Shown here: positions 1 to 9,215 of the stretch, in pieces
How the letters are laid out: each line of letters begins with the position of its first letter
How positions within the stretch are numbered: the first letter of the stretch is position 1
Assembly: GCF_000406145.1 (NCBI RefSeq)
Contig: NZ_CM001976.1
Span: 4,549,545 to 4,581,544, forward strand
DNA length: 32,000 nucleotides
DNA from: Dickeya dadantii NCPPB 898
Lineage (GTDB): Bacteria > Pseudomonadota > Gammaproteobacteria > Enterobacterales > Enterobacteriaceae
Direction of reading: 5' to 3'
Made by a program: the position numbers and the translations under genes
Notes under the pieces: model-generated
Seen by the model: the letters and a program-made list of their open reading frames with translations, nothing else
Told to the model about the DNA's origin: nothing
Databases searched by the model: none

Positions 1-186
1 ATGGCTGATTTGCCGTGGATCGCCGAATCCATCGCGCTGCGCAACGTCTACACCGACCCGCTCAACGTGCTGCAGGCGGAGCTGCTGCACCGTTCACGCC
101 AGCAGGAAACACTGGACCCGCAGGTGGAACAGGCGCTGATGGTCACCATCGCCGGCGTCGCCGCCGGGATGCGCAATACCGGCTAA
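1..186 (+). CDS. ppc: phosphoenolpyruvate carboxylase, C-terminal fragment (5' end lies outside the window)
   Basis: The ORF enters from the window edge. The tail ...[22 protein letters not shown]...[17 protein letters not shown] matches the conserved Ppc C-terminus ending in MRNTG, and a hairpin terminator follows. Confidence 0.9.
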   Translation: MADLPWIAESIALRNVYTDPLNVLQAELLHRSRQQETLDPQVEQALMVTIAGVAAGMRNTG

Positions 187-203
187 TCGCCGGCACAACA
201 CGG

Positions 204-231
204 AAACCGGGAGCCATCGCTCCCGGTTTTT
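204..231 (+). terminator. rho-independent terminator after ppc (possibly bidirectional, also serving the convergent phosphatase gene)
   Basis: Stem aaaccgggagc / gctcccggttt with loop catc, followed by a T run (ttttt). It lies 18 nt after the ppc stop. Confidence 0.7.
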
Positions 232-250
232 ACTGCAATCGTTCACCCCA

Positions 251-1033
251 TCACGCCAGATACTTCGCCCGCAACCCTTCCCGCGCCGAGGCGTCCAGCC
301 CGTAATCCTGCTCCAGCCAGTTATCCACCGAGCCGTGTCGCTCGCGGATGGTATGCAGCGCGGTCACCAGAAACTCTTCGCGGGCGGAAAGCACGAAATC
401 AAAGCGTTTCAGCGCCTTTTCGCTCAGGCTCGACGCCAGGTCTTCCAGCAACTGGCGACGGAATGAAATCAGGGTGGATTCGGTGACCAGATAATCCTCC
501 ATCACCGTTTGCTCATCCGCGCCCAGCGCGAACAACACCAGCGCGGAACCAATGCCGGTACGATCCTTGCCCACCGCGCAATGCTGCACCAGCGCGCCAT
601 CGTCAGGCTGGCGCAGCAACGCCACCAGATGCTGGTAGGCCGGATTGCCGAACGGCAGGCGGCGGTACAGCTCCAGCATAAAGGCGCGGGAATCGAACGC
701 TTCGAGCTTTTCCGAGCCCAGCGTTTCCAGGCTGGCGGTAACTTCATGCCGCAGCGGATTGGCGGAAACCTGATGATAACGGGCGCCGGACCACAATCGG
801 TCGGGTCGCTGCGAGGCTTCATCCTGATCGCGATAGTCCACCACATGCGCCACCGGCACACTGGCGAGATGGTCGATGTCGCGTTCGCTCAGCATGTCCA
901 GCGCGCCGGAGCGAAACAGCCTGCCACGGCGGACCTGGCGCCCGTCCGCCACGCGGATTCCCCCCAGATCACGGAAATTGACGCCACCTTCAAGCGGCAG
1001 CAACGAGGGATGCAGTAATGAGGTTAAAGTCAT
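251..1033 (-). CDS. protein-tyrosine phosphatase family protein (Y_phosphatase3-like)
   Basis: 260-aa ORF with the CX5R P-loop HCAVGKDRTG and an N-terminal GGVNFRDLGG motif typical of this family. AGGGA lies upstream of the ATG. Confidence 0.8.
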   Translation of the reverse strand: MTLTSLLHPSLLPLEGGVNFRDLGGIRVADGRQVRRGRLFRSGALDMLSERDIDHLASVPVAHVVDYRDQDEASQRPDRLWSGARYHQVSANPLRHEVTASLETLGSEKLEAFDSRAFMLELYRRLPFGNPAYQHLVALLRQPDDGALVQHCAVGKDRTGIGSALVLFALGADEQTVMEDYLVTESTLISFRRQLLEDLASSLSEKALKRFDFVLSAREEFLVTALHTIRERHGSVDNWLEQDYGLDASAREGLRAKYLA

Positions 1034-1069
1034 ATTTTTCCCTGTAGTTATAATGTCGAGTAATCAACG

Positions 1070-1100
1070 CTGAGTCATGAATGCACTGAGTTATGAATGC
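1070..1100. repeat. tandem direct repeat, 2 x 15-16 bp (ctgagtCatgaatgc a ctgagtTatgaatgc), in the phosphatase promoter region
   Basis: Read directly from the sequence; 14 of 16 positions are identical. It lies 37-67 bp upstream of the phosphatase ATG, just upstream of an ATTATA-like -10 on the minus strand. Confidence 0.6.
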
Positions 1101-1255
1101 CAAGCTATCAAGACTGGGCTATCGCTGCTGAGTGGTTACGGTTAACTCACCGTCGGATGATGGAAACCAGCTCGTATTATCAGACCTGACAATTAAATTA
1201 GCATGAAGGCGGGCATACAGATGAACCGCGCGTGGGGAAATTCCCACGGAAACTG

Positions 1256-1291
1256 AAAAAGCGGTACGAGGACGCGGCTGTCTCGTACCGC
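1256..1291 (-). terminator. rho-independent terminator of udp
   Basis: 10-bp stem gcggtacgag / ctcgtaccgc with an 11-nt loop. On the minus strand it is followed by TTTTT, 36 nt after the udp stop. Confidence 0.7.
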
Positions 1292-1327
1292 ACGCGCCGG
1301 ACATATCGCCTGGCGGTTGAATCACAC

Positions 1328-2089
1328 TCAGGCGCTCAGCAGTTTGCGGGCCGCCGACAGCACCACGTTGACGGACGCGTGTTCCGCTTTCTGCATCGTG
1401 GCGGTATCGGGAATTTCCTGCTGGGTGCGGTTCACAATCACGCCCGCCACCATGCCGGCACGCAGCCCCTGGCTGGCGCACATGGTCAGCAGCGTGGCGG
1501 ACTCCATTTCATAGTTCAGCACGCCCATGCTCTGCCATTCCGCCATTGACCCCTGAAAACGGCGCACCACGCGGCCGGTATAGGTGTCGTAACGCTCCTG
1601 ACCCGGATAGAAGGTATCCGAAGAAGCCGTCACGCCGACATGCAGCGTCGTTCCCGCTTCACGCGCCGCTTCCGCCAGGGCGGAAGTACAGGCGAAATCC
1701 GCCACCGCCGGGAATTCCAGCGGCGCAAAGTGCAGGCTGGCGCCGTCCAGACGCACCGCCGCCGTAGTCACCAGCACATCGCCGACCGCGATATGCGGTT
1801 GAATGGCGCCGGTGGTGCCGACGCGCAGGAAAGTGCGCACACCCAGCTGCGCCAGTTCCTCTACCGCGATCGACGTCGACGGGCCACCGATACCGGTGGA
1901 ACAGACAATCACCGGCTTGCCCGCCAGTTCCGCGCGCCAGGAGGTGAATTCCCGATGCGATGCCAGAAATACCGGGTTCTCCATCAACCGGGCGATTTTC
2001 TCCACCCGGGCCGGGTCGCCGGGCACAATCGCCAGCGTGGCCCCTTGTAAATCCTGCTTTGTTAAACCGAGATGAAATACATCGGACAT
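1328..2089 (-). CDS. udp: uridine phosphorylase
   Basis: 253 aa. [33 protein letters not shown]... is collinear with E. coli Udp, and GGAGG lies upstream of the ATG. Confidence 0.95.
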   Translation of the reverse strand: MSDVFHLGLTKQDLQGATLAIVPGDPARVEKIARLMENPVFLASHREFTSWRAELAGKPVIVCSTGIGGPSTSIAVEELAQLGVRTFLRVGTTGAIQPHIAVGDVLVTTAAVRLDGASLHFAPLEFPAVADFACTSALAEAAREAGTTLHVGVTASSDTFYPGQERYDTYTGRVVRRFQGSMAEWQSMGVLNYEMESATLLTMCASQGLRAGMVAGVIVNRTQQEIPDTATMQKAEHASVNVVLSAARKLLSA

Positions 2090-2198
2090 AAGCGCCTCCA
2101 GGCAACGGTCAGGTACAGAACGATCTTAGCGCACGCACTGCGGCTGTTAAGTGAAGTGCGTCGCTGATTGGAAAGTAACAAACGTCTATTTACATTAA

Positions 2199-2220
2199 TA
2201 TTGTGATATTAATCACAATT
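2199..2220. promoter_or_regulatory. CRP (cAMP receptor protein) binding site upstream of udp
   Basis: Perfect core TGTGA-tattaa-TCACA at 2202-2217 with AT-rich flanks, centred about 120 bp upstream of the udp ATG. udp is a known CRP/CytR-regulated gene in E. coli. Confidence 0.7.
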
Positions 2221-2378
2221 CAGGTTGTAATCACCCGACATTGCGTAGCACAGGCGTGGCACCGATTGCCCTATCTGGTCGCCGGTATTCGCAATACACT
2301 ACAAAGTTCCTACACTTGCTTAACGCGGGGGGCGGTATCATCCCGCTGACAGACTCCAGTCTTGATAAAGGAAAGGCA

Positions 2379-3206
2379 ATGAAAACCGATGAGCTACTGA
2401 CTCTCAGAGAGACCACACGGGCATTTTCGCCAGCCGTCATGCCGCTGGCTTCTTCCGCGATTAGTACTGACGCCACCGGGCTGGTTGCCGGCGAAACCAC
2501 CATCCCTTCGCAGGGCGACAACCTGCCCGCTTATATCGCCAAACCGGAAAAAGCCGCCGGCCTGCTGCCGATTGTGTTGGTGGTGCAGGAAATCTTTGGC
2601 GTGCACGAACACATCCGCGATGTCTGTCGGCGACTGGCTAAACAAGGCTATCTGGCGATCGCGCCGGAGCTCTATTTCCGACAGGGAGATCCACAACAGT
2701 ACGGCGACATTCCGACGCTGATGCGCGAACTGGTCAACACGGTGCCGGACAACCAGATACTATCCGACCTCGACCACACCGCGCACTGGGCGGTGCGTCA
2801 GGGCGGCGACGCCAGCCGGCTGGCGATCACCGGTTTCTGCTGGGGCGGCCGCATTAGTTGGTTGTACGCCGCGCACAATCCGCAGTTAAAAGCCGCGGTC
2901 GCCTGGTACGGCAAGCTGGTCGCCGAAAAAACGCTGACCTCGCCGCAGCATCCGGTGGATGTGGCGAAAGACCTGAGCGCGCCGGTGCTGGGCCTGTACG
3001 GCGGGCAGGATAAGAGCATTCCGCTGGAGCAGGTGGAAACCATGCGTCAGGCGTTACGGGCGGTCAATGCCGATGCGGAGATCGTGGTCTATCCGGAAGC
3101 GGATCACGCCTTCCATGCCGATTACCGCGCGACTTACCACGAAGCCTCCGCCAAAGACGGCTGGCAACGGATGCTGGAGTGGTTCGCCCGTTACGGCGTG
3201 GTGTAA
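2379..3206 (+). CDS. ysgA: dienelactone hydrolase family protein
   Basis: The protein from the ATG at 2379 (RBS aaaggaaagg) is collinear with E. coli YsgA/DlhH, e.g. IPSQGDNLPAYIAKP, VVQEIFGVHEHIRDVCRRLA, GFCWGGR, HAFHADYR. The longer ORF from 2241 has no homology support. Confidence 0.85.
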   Translation: MKTDELLTLRETTRAFSPAVMPLASSAISTDATGLVAGETTIPSQGDNLPAYIAKPEKAAGLLPIVLVVQEIFGVHEHIRDVCRRLAKQGYLAIAPELYFRQGDPQQYGDIPTLMRELVNTVPDNQILSDLDHTAHWAVRQGGDASRLAITGFCWGGRISWLYAAHNPQLKAAVAWYGKLVAEKTLTSPQHPVDVAKDLSAPVLGLYGGQDKSIPLEQVETMRQALRAVNADAEIVVYPEADHAFHADYRATYHEASAKDGWQRMLEWFARYGVV

Positions 3207-3214
3207 TCGGTTTT

Positions 3215-3251
3215 CGGATGAAAGCGGAATCCGGCATTCCGCTTTCATCCG
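3215..3251 (+). other. perfect 16-bp stem-loop downstream of ysgA (atypical terminator or RNA-stabilising hairpin)
   Basis: cggatgaaagcggaat-ccggc-attccgctttcatccg, starting 9 nt after the ysgA stop. There is no U tract on either strand, so it is not a canonical intrinsic terminator. Confidence 0.45.
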
Positions 3252-3543
3252 CCCTAATGCGCGATGTGCGTTATCAATACGCAATGAGTACGAAACATAC
3301 GCAACGCGCACTACGCACTACGCATACCACGGTTAACTTCCTCGCATTTTTTAACCCACGCAAAGGCGCATTTTAACGGGCGATATCGTTTTTCCACCCG
3401 CGCGCCGCAACCAGCGCATTTTTATGCTCCTCATTGGGGCAGCGACATTGAGACAGCGACGATTCGCTGCTTCCGTTCGCATCATCCCCAGCATGTCGCG
3501 TCACACCGACGCACCATGACTCACAAACACATGAGGAATCCCT

Positions 3544-4119
3544 ATGCCCAATGTATTTGCCCAGTACACAGAGAAACAGCCGACAGGCAGTGAATCCTGC
3601 GGCGCCTTTTCATTGGCGGCATTAATTAATGCGAAGAATACCGGCCCGCTCAATAGCCCGGCAGGAAGCGATATTTACAACGAAGTCATTCAGGCACAGG
3701 CCCATCTCCCAACGGCCTATCCCGCATTGTTCAAGGGAACCGACCCGCGTTCTCTGCCGTCAACCCTTGTAGCGCTGGGGATTGCCAGAGGATTTGCCAA
3801 CGCCCAGGTTACACATACGTCGGCTATTCCGGCAGCGCTGGCGCCGCTGATCCCGTCAGAAATCACGCGTATCGGTACGACAGCCAGCGTACAGGAGAAG
3901 AAAACGGATAAATTGCAGGATCTGCTGGGAAGCAACGGCTATTACCTTGTTCTGGTCGACAGCGGCAACCACTGGATCGCCATCGTGCGTGATACCACCG
4001 GCCTGTATGCCTATGACCCGGCCAGCGGCAACAGCGGTGCGGCGACGGTCACAGGTGACGGCATCACCGGCGCGGTAAACCATACGTTTTCCGGCGTGCT
4101 GATCCACTTTGCCGGTTAG
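3544..4119 (+). CDS. hypothetical protein with papain-fold-like Cys-His-Asp signature (C39/C58-like cysteine peptidase candidate)
   Basis: 191-aa ORF with GAGGA 6 nt upstream of the ATG. Motifs are Q12..C19 (GSESCGAFSLAAL), H143 (LVLVDSGNHWIAIV) and D158 (YAYDPASG). No signal peptide or TM segment is visible, and a hairpin terminator lies downstream. Confidence 0.6.
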   Translation: MPNVFAQYTEKQPTGSESCGAFSLAALINAKNTGPLNSPAGSDIYNEVIQAQAHLPTAYPALFKGTDPRSLPSTLVALGIARGFANAQVTHTSAIPAALAPLIPSEITRIGTTASVQEKKTDKLQDLLGSNGYYLVLVDSGNHWIAIVRDTTGLYAYDPASGNSGAATVTGDGITGAVNHTFSGVLIHFAG

Positions 4120-4227
4120 GCCAAGCCTCTTTCGCGCTGATGCGGCATATCCTTCGGTAGTTTTCCGCCGATGCCGAAATGCACTAACCATCACCACCGC
4201 CTTGGGAAGTGGTTTAGGGCTGGCAGT

Positions 4228-4256
4228 AAAAAGGGAGACGCTATCGTCTCCCTTAG
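4228..4256. terminator. bidirectional rho-independent terminator shared by the 3544-4119 gene and metE
   Basis: Stem gggagacg / cgtctccc with loop ctat. It is flanked by AAAAA on the left (T run for the minus-strand metE transcript) and by ttagtcattt on the right. Confidence 0.65.
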
Positions 4257-4363
4257 TCATTTCTGGCGGTGATACGGAATGCCCCTGTCCTGTTGTCACA
4301 TCCTGTGGTTCATGCGCGTCCTGCCATCCTTCGCGCCATTCCCCATCACCGTTTTCAGTTAAC

Positions 4364-6631
4364 TTACGCGGCGGTTTCGCGCAGACGCTTCGCCGCTTCC
4401 ACCATATTCGCCAGCGACTGACGGGTTTCCGGCCAGCCGCGGGTTTTCAGGCCGCAGTCCGGGTTCACCCACAGGCGCTCGGACGGAATACGCTGAGCCG
4501 CTTTGCGCAGCAGCGCTTCAATCCACTCTACGCTCGGCACGTTCGGCGAGTGAATGTCGTACACGCCTGGGCCGATTTCATTCGGGTACTCGAACTCTTC
4601 GAACGATTCCAGCAGTTCCATGTCGGAACGCGAGGTTTCGATGGTGATCACGTCCGCATCCAGCGCCGCGATGGAATCCATGATGTCGTTGAATTCGCAG
4701 TAGCACATGTGGGTGTGGATCTGGGTGTCGTCTTTCGCTACCGCCGCATTCAGGCGGAACGCGTCAACAGCCCACTCCAGATACGCCGCCCAGTCGGAGC
4801 GATGCAGCGGCAGACCTTCACGCAGCGCCGGTTCGTCAATCTGGATGATGCCGATGCCGGCCTGTTCCAGATCCGCCACTTCGTCGCGCAGCGCCAGCGC
4901 AATCTGTTTGGCGATGGTTTCACGGCTGACGTCTTCACGCGGGAAGGACCAGCACAGAATGGTGACCGGACCGGTCAGCATGCCTTTTACCGGCTTGTCG
5001 GTCAGCGACTGGGCATACTTCGCCCACTCGACCGTGATCGGCTCCGGACGGCTGATGTCGCCAATCACCACCGGCGGTTTCACGCAGCGGGAACCGTAGC
5101 TCTGCACCCAGCCGTTCTGGGTGAACACAAAGCCGTCCAGATGCTCGCCGAAATACTCCACCATGTCGTTACGTTCGGCTTCACCGTGCACCAGTACGTC
5201 CAGTTCCAGACGTTCCTGTTCCACAATCGCCTGTTTGATGTGCTCGGCGATGCCGATACGGTAGTTCTGACCATCCAGACGACCCTGTTTGAAGTCCAGA
5301 CGCAGGCTGCGGATTTCGGTGGTCTGCGGAAATGAACCGATGGTAGTGGTCGGCCAGGCCGGCAGGTTGAAACGCGCACGCTGTGCGTCGGCGCGTACCG
5401 GGTACGGGTTCTGACGCAGGCTGTCTTGCGCGGTGATCGCCGCCAGACGCTTCGCCACATTCGGGTTGTTAACGCGGGTGGAAGTCCGGCGGGCGCGGAT
5501 CGGCGCGCTGTACGCCACCAGCTCATCGCCGTTGCCGCTGTTGAGCGCGCGGGTCAGCAGCGCCAGTTCCTGACACTTCTGAATCGCAAACGCGAACCAG
5601 CTTTTCACTTCCTCATCCAGACGGGTTTCGACGCTGAGATCGATTGGACTGTGCAACAGGGAGCAGGAGCTGCCCAGCCACAGAGCACGTTTGCCCAGCA
5701 ACGGTTGCAGGCGCTCGAACCAGCTCGCCAGATCGGCGCGCCATACGTTACGGCCGTTGATCACGCCCAACGACAGCACCCAGTCAGCCGGCAGCTGCAC
5801 GTTCAGCGCCGCGGCGTCGTCTTTGCCGTGCACCAGATCGACATGCAGACCCTGTACCGGCAGCGCTTTGATAACGTCCAGATTCTGGCCGATGCTGTCG
5901 AAATAGGTGGTCAGCAGCAGTTTCACCTGCCCTTGCAGCGCGTCGTAAGCCGGTTTGAAGGCGGCTTTCCATTCGGCGTCCAGCTCCAGCGCCAGCAGCG
6001 GCTCGTCAATCTGCACCCACGCGATGCCGCGCTTAGCCAGTTCGGCCAGCACCTGCTGGTACACCGGCAGCACCGCGTTCAGCAGATCCAGACGGTTGAA
6101 GGCTTCGCCTTTGACTTTGCCCAGCCACAGGTAGGTCACCGGGCCCAACAGCACCGGTTTCACCTTGTGGCCCAGCGCCAGCGCTTCGTCCACTTCATCC
6201 AGCAGTTGGGTCCAGGTCAGCTTGAACTGCTGGCCTTTGGTGAATTCCGGCACCATGTAGTGATAGTTGGTGTTGAACCATTTGGTCATTTCAGCGGCGG
6301 CAGCCGGCTCACCGGTCGGTGCGCGGCCACGGCCGATACGGAACAGGGTATCCAGATCGACGGAACCATCCGCGTTCTGGTGACGGGCAGGTACGTTCCC
6401 CAGCAGCAGGCTGGTGGTCAGCACATGGTCGTACCAGGCAAAATCGCCCACCGGCAGCAGTTCCACGCCGGCGTCTTTCTGCTGTTGCCAGTGGCGGGCG
6501 CGCAGCTCACGACCCACGGTCAGCAGCGCTTCCTGCGTGCTGTTCCCTGCCCAATAGCTTTCCTGTGCTTTTTTCAGTTCACGACGCAGACCGACGCGCG
6601 GAAAACCGAGAGTGTGATTTAAAATTGCCAT
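4364..6631 (-). CDS. metE: 5-methyltetrahydropteroyltriglutamate--homocysteine S-methyltransferase (cobalamin-independent methionine synthase)
   Basis: 755 aa. [29 protein letters not shown]... is full-length collinear with E. coli MetE. Confidence 0.97.
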   Translation of the reverse strand: MAILNHTLGFPRVGLRRELKKAQESYWAGNSTQEALLTVGRELRARHWQQQKDAGVELLPVGDFAWYDHVLTTSLLLGNVPARHQNADGSVDLDTLFRIGRGRAPTGEPAAAAEMTKWFNTNYHYMVPEFTKGQQFKLTWTQLLDEVDEALALGHKVKPVLLGPVTYLWLGKVKGEAFNRLDLLNAVLPVYQQVLAELAKRGIAWVQIDEPLLALELDAEWKAAFKPAYDALQGQVKLLLTTYFDSIGQNLDVIKALPVQGLHVDLVHGKDDAAALNVQLPADWVLSLGVINGRNVWRADLASWFERLQPLLGKRALWLGSSCSLLHSPIDLSVETRLDEEVKSWFAFAIQKCQELALLTRALNSGNGDELVAYSAPIRARRTSTRVNNPNVAKRLAAITAQDSLRQNPYPVRADAQRARFNLPAWPTTTIGSFPQTTEIRSLRLDFKQGRLDGQNYRIGIAEHIKQAIVEQERLELDVLVHGEAERNDMVEYFGEHLDGFVFTQNGWVQSYGSRCVKPPVVIGDISRPEPITVEWAKYAQSLTDKPVKGMLTGPVTILCWSFPREDVSRETIAKQIALALRDEVADLEQAGIGIIQIDEPALREGLPLHRSDWAAYLEWAVDAFRLNAAVAKDDTQIHTHMCYCEFNDIMDSIAALDADVITIETSRSDMELLESFEEFEYPNEIGPGVYDIHSPNVPSVEWIEALLRKAAQRIPSERLWVNPDCGLKTRGWPETRQSLANMVEAAKRLRETAA

Positions 6632-6647
6632 GCTTGAATTCCCATTT

Positions 6648-6671
6648 AGCCGTCCAGATGTTTACACATCC
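6648..6671. promoter_or_regulatory. candidate MetJ operator: three tandem 8-bp met boxes in the metE-metR divergent promoter region
   Basis: AGCCGTCC AGATGTTT ACACATCC match the AGACGTCT consensus at 6/8, 6/8 and 5/8. The position between divergent metE and metR matches the known E. coli arrangement. Confidence 0.45.
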
Positions 6672-6735
6672 ATAATCCGCAGGTAGTGTAGTAAGTACAA
6701 GCGCAATTTATTCACTGTCACTGTGAAGGACTCTC

Positions 6736-7674
6736 ATGATCGAACTTAAACACTTACGGACGCTGCAGGCGCTGCGCAACACAGGATCGTTAGCCGCCGC
6801 CGCCGCACAGCTCCATCAGACGCAATCCGCCCTGTCGCATCAGTTCAGCGATCTGGAACAACGGCTGGGATTCCGCTTGTTCGTCCGTAAGAGCCAGCCG
6901 CTACGCTTTACGCCGCAGGGGGAAATTCTGCTGCAACTGGCCGAGCAGATCCTGCCGCAGATTCAGCAGGCGCTGCAGGCGTGCAACGAGCCGCATCAAA
7001 CAACGCTACGGCTGGCGATCGAGTGTCACAGTTGTATTCAGTGGCTGACGCCGGCGCTGGAGAACTTCCACCAAAGCTGGCCGCAGGTGGTGATGGATTT
7101 CAAATCCGGCGTCACTTTCGACCCGCAACCTGCGCTGCAACAAGGCGAGCTGGACCTGGTGATGACCTCCGACATTCTGCCGCGCAGCGGCCTGCACTAC
7201 TCGCCGATGTTCGACTTTGAGGTACGTTTGGTGTTGTCGCCGGATCATCCGCTGGCCGCCAAAGCCGTAATTACGCCTGACGATCTGGCGCAGGAAACAT
7301 TGATGATCTACCCGGTGCAACGTCAACGGCTGGATGTGTGGCGCCACTTTCTGCAACCGGCTGGCGTCAGCCCGTCGCTAAAAAGCGTAGACAATACCCT
7401 GCTGTTGATCCAGATGGTGGCGGCGCGCATGGGCATCGCCGCGCTGCCGCACTGGGTGGTGGAGAGTTTTGAACGTCAGGGTCTGGTGGTGACGAAAACC
7501 CTGGGAGACGGCTTGTGGAGCCGGCTGTACGCCGCCGTACGCGATGGCGAGCAGCGCCAGCCGGTTATCGAAGCGTTTATTCGTTCCGCGCGCCAGCATG
7601 CCTGTGAGCATCTGCCGTTTGTGCGGGATGCTTCACGACCCAACGTTGGTGTACCCACAAGGCCGCCGCAATAA
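6736..7674 (+). CDS. metR: LysR-family transcriptional activator MetR
   Basis: 312 aa. [45 protein letters not shown]... is near-identical in pattern to E. coli MetR and is divergent from metE. Confidence 0.95.
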   Translation: MIELKHLRTLQALRNTGSLAAAAAQLHQTQSALSHQFSDLEQRLGFRLFVRKSQPLRFTPQGEILLQLAEQILPQIQQALQACNEPHQTTLRLAIECHSCIQWLTPALENFHQSWPQVVMDFKSGVTFDPQPALQQGELDLVMTSDILPRSGLHYSPMFDFEVRLVLSPDHPLAAKAVITPDDLAQETLMIYPVQRQRLDVWRHFLQPAGVSPSLKSVDNTLLLIQMVAARMGIAALPHWVVESFERQGLVVTKTLGDGLWSRLYAAVRDGEQRQPVIEAFIRSARQHACEHLPFVRDASRPNVGVPTRPPQ

Positions 7675-8476
7675 TCGCCGAACCGATGAGAAAGCTGGTC
7701 CAGTTCGGCGTTTTCTGCCAGAACGCGAAGTTGACCAGCAACCCGGCCGGGACGTGAAAGTTGTTCATGATACTCAACGTGCCGGAATCCACCTGGGTGG
7801 CGCCATAGTTCCACATGAAATAGCCCAGGCCCGACACCACCACGCCAAGAAACACCAGAACCCCCCACTGCACCGGTGCGGTGGGCAGTTTGGTCAGATT
7901 GCCGACCAGCGCCCAAGCCACCAGCGTCACCAGCGCGGCGCCGAGGTAGAACCAGGAAAAGGCGCTGTGCTGCGGCATCGGATACACTTCCATCAGCCGT
8001 TTATATCCCACTTGCCCCACGGCAAAACAGACATTGGCCGCCTGCACCAGCAGCAGCCCCCACCAGAAATGATCGCTCACGCCGTGATAGTGGATCACCG
8101 CGGCGCCCAGAACAGCCAGCAAGGCGCTGAATGCATAACCCCAGCGCAGGCGATGCCCGCTGAGCAGGTCGTAAATCAGCGTGACGTACAGCGGCGTCAT
8201 CACCGAAAACAGCAGGATCGTCGGTACATTGAGGTAAAGGTAACTACGGAACAGGAACAGGTACATGACGCCGAGCTGGAAAACGCCTACCAGCAAATAC
8301 AACCCCAGCACTTTGGGGGAATAGCCGCGCCAGCGCAGGAAAGGCAGAAACACCAGCGCCGCCAGCACCAGCCGGAACATGGCTGAGAACCAGCTATCGA
8401 CCTGGCCGGCCAGGTATTCGCCAATCAGGCTGAAGGAAAACGACCACAAAATCGTGGTGATGATCAATAACGGCAC
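7577..8476 (-). CDS. yigM: EamA/DMT-family transporter (YigM/BioP-like biotin transporter)
   Basis: 299 aa, polytopic, collinear with E. coli YigM ([48 protein letters not shown]). Same length as the E. coli protein, including the QTAD tail. Confidence 0.8.
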   Translation of the reverse strand: MPLLIITTILWSFSFSLIGEYLAGQVDSWFSAMFRLVLAALVFLPFLRWRGYSPKVLGLYLLVGVFQLGVMYLFLFRSYLYLNVPTILLFSVMTPLYVTLIYDLLSGHRLRWGYAFSALLAVLGAAVIHYHGVSDHFWWGLLLVQAANVCFAVGQVGYKRLMEVYPMPQHSAFSWFYLGAALVTLVAWALVGNLTKLPTAPVQWGVLVFLGVVVSGLGYFMWNYGATQVDSGTLSIMNNFHVPAGLLVNFAFWQKTPNWTSFLIGSAIIAAALWVHQRWVVKHPAQTADAHRHAGARNE

Positions 8477-8586
8477 GGCATGACTCGCTCTATAACGTGT
8501 AACAGGATAAGCATTGTAGTCGAGTTACGTGGTCGCATTTCTTTCAACTTGGTTTACATCAGAACAAAATATCACCAATCGATTGA

Positions 8587-9207
8587 TCAGAACTGCCAGC
8601 GCAGCCAGGCAAAGAACACGTTGCCATTATTATGCGTGCCGGGAATATAAGTCGCCTGAAAAGACAGGCGCTGATAACTGACCGACGCCATCGGCAGCAG
8701 CACCGGGATCGGAATGTATTTCCAGTTGTCCCGCATGGTCACGCCAGCGGTAAAACCCAGCCCCAACTGAACATCCTGATTCTCCAGCGGCCGCCAGCGT
8801 TTTTCATAGCCATAGCCGCCGATAGGCTCCCACTTGTTGAAAGAGTCCTTGAACGCCATCAGGTACAGGCTGTGCCAGTCGCCATCGCGGTCCAGTCGGG
8901 ACACGCCATAGCCCGCGCCCCAGGGGCGCTCGTTGTATCTGTCGGTCTTCGCTTTGTCGTAAGCCCAGCGGTTATGCCAGGTCATGGCCGGCACATACAG
9001 CTCCTGAGACTGCCAGTGATGCCAGGTATCCGACAGATTGTTGCCGGCGCGCTGCCAGATTCCCGGTTCCGAGCCGCGTTCAACGGCATCAGATGCCGTA
9101 TTGTCGCCGGACGGTGCGGCAAATGCAGGAGTAACCAGCAAGGAAGACAGAGCAAAGAGGCAGGTGTGTGAGGTCAATTTTAATCGCATAAACGGCATTA
9201 ATCGCAT
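8587..9207 (-). CDS. pagP: lipid A palmitoyltransferase PagP (outer-membrane)
   Basis: The mature part is collinear with E. coli PagP ([47 protein letters not shown]), with signal peptide ...[11 protein letters not shown]. The start is ambiguous: in-frame ATGs occur at 9216, 9207, 9198 and 9189, and the longest ORF starts at 9306. 9207 has GGGA 9 nt upstream. Confidence 0.85.
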   Translation of the reverse strand: MRLMPFMRLKLTSHTCLFALSSLLVTPAFAAPSGDNTASDAVERGSEPGIWQRAGNNLSDTWHHWQSQELYVPAMTWHNRWAYDKAKTDRYNERPWGAGYGVSRLDRDGDWHSLYLMAFKDSFNKWEPIGGYGYEKRWRPLENQDVQLGLGFTAGVTMRDNWKYIPIPVLLPMASVSYQRLSFQATYIPGTHNNGNVFFAWLRWQF

Positions 9208-9215
9208 AAACAGCA
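9180..9215. repeat. 18-bp tandem duplication (ttaatcgcataaacGgca / ttaatcgcataaacAgca) within the pagP 5' end
   Basis: Read directly from the sequence, with 17/18 identity. In the pagP frame it encodes [12 protein letters not shown], which creates four closely spaced in-frame ATGs. Confidence 0.9.

Noticed and set aside
2241-2378. N-terminal extensions of track ORFs beyond the homology-supported starts (2241 for ysgA, 9306 for pagP, 10413 for cysE, 12063 for secB, 17377 for kbl, 19221 for waaC, 30392 for the GT2)
   Set aside because: The extensions have no similarity to the known proteins. Internal ATGs with SD sequences reproduce the canonical N-termini, so the extensions are treated as non-coding upstream sequence.
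3333-3400. Alternative-sigma promoter-like strings upstream of the orphan gene: an HrpL-type -10 (CCACGCA at 3356-3362) and a sigma28-like CAAA-N14-GGCGATAT (3361-3386)
   Set aside because: The HrpL -35 element GGAACC is not present; only TTAAC is found at roughly the right distance. The sigma28 match is partial in both elements. This is not enough to call a type III or flagellar regulon promoter.
3856-4299. 147-aa minus-strand ORF overlapping the 3' half of the orphan peptidase-like gene
   Set aside because: It has no RBS, it runs through the hairpin terminator at 4233-4252, and its composition looks like an antisense artefact. The + strand ORF has the SD sequence and the motif support.
4109-6622. 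Long + strand ORFs (4109-5335, 408 aa; 5426-6622, 398 aa) antisense to metE
   Set aside because: They lie entirely opposite the strongly supported metE CDS. Their Arg/Gln/His/Val-rich, low-complexity composition is typical of antisense frames in GC-rich genes, and they have no RBS and no recognisable motifs. The same reasoning applies to other antisense ORFs in the track, e.g. 509-1018, 7544-8386, 13262-13840, 14038-14901, 15456-16175, 18010-18651, 21563-22180, 24302-24967, 25393-26214, 27373-28017, 28173-28742 and 30573-31085.
7577-7674. 98-nt convergent overlap of the metR and yigM 3' ends
   Set aside because: It looked like a possible mis-called stop or frameshift. However, both proteins end at about the same length and with tails similar to their E. 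coli homologues as I recall them (MetR ...HLPFV...; YigM ...QTAD...). The overlap is probably ancestral and real rather than anomalous.
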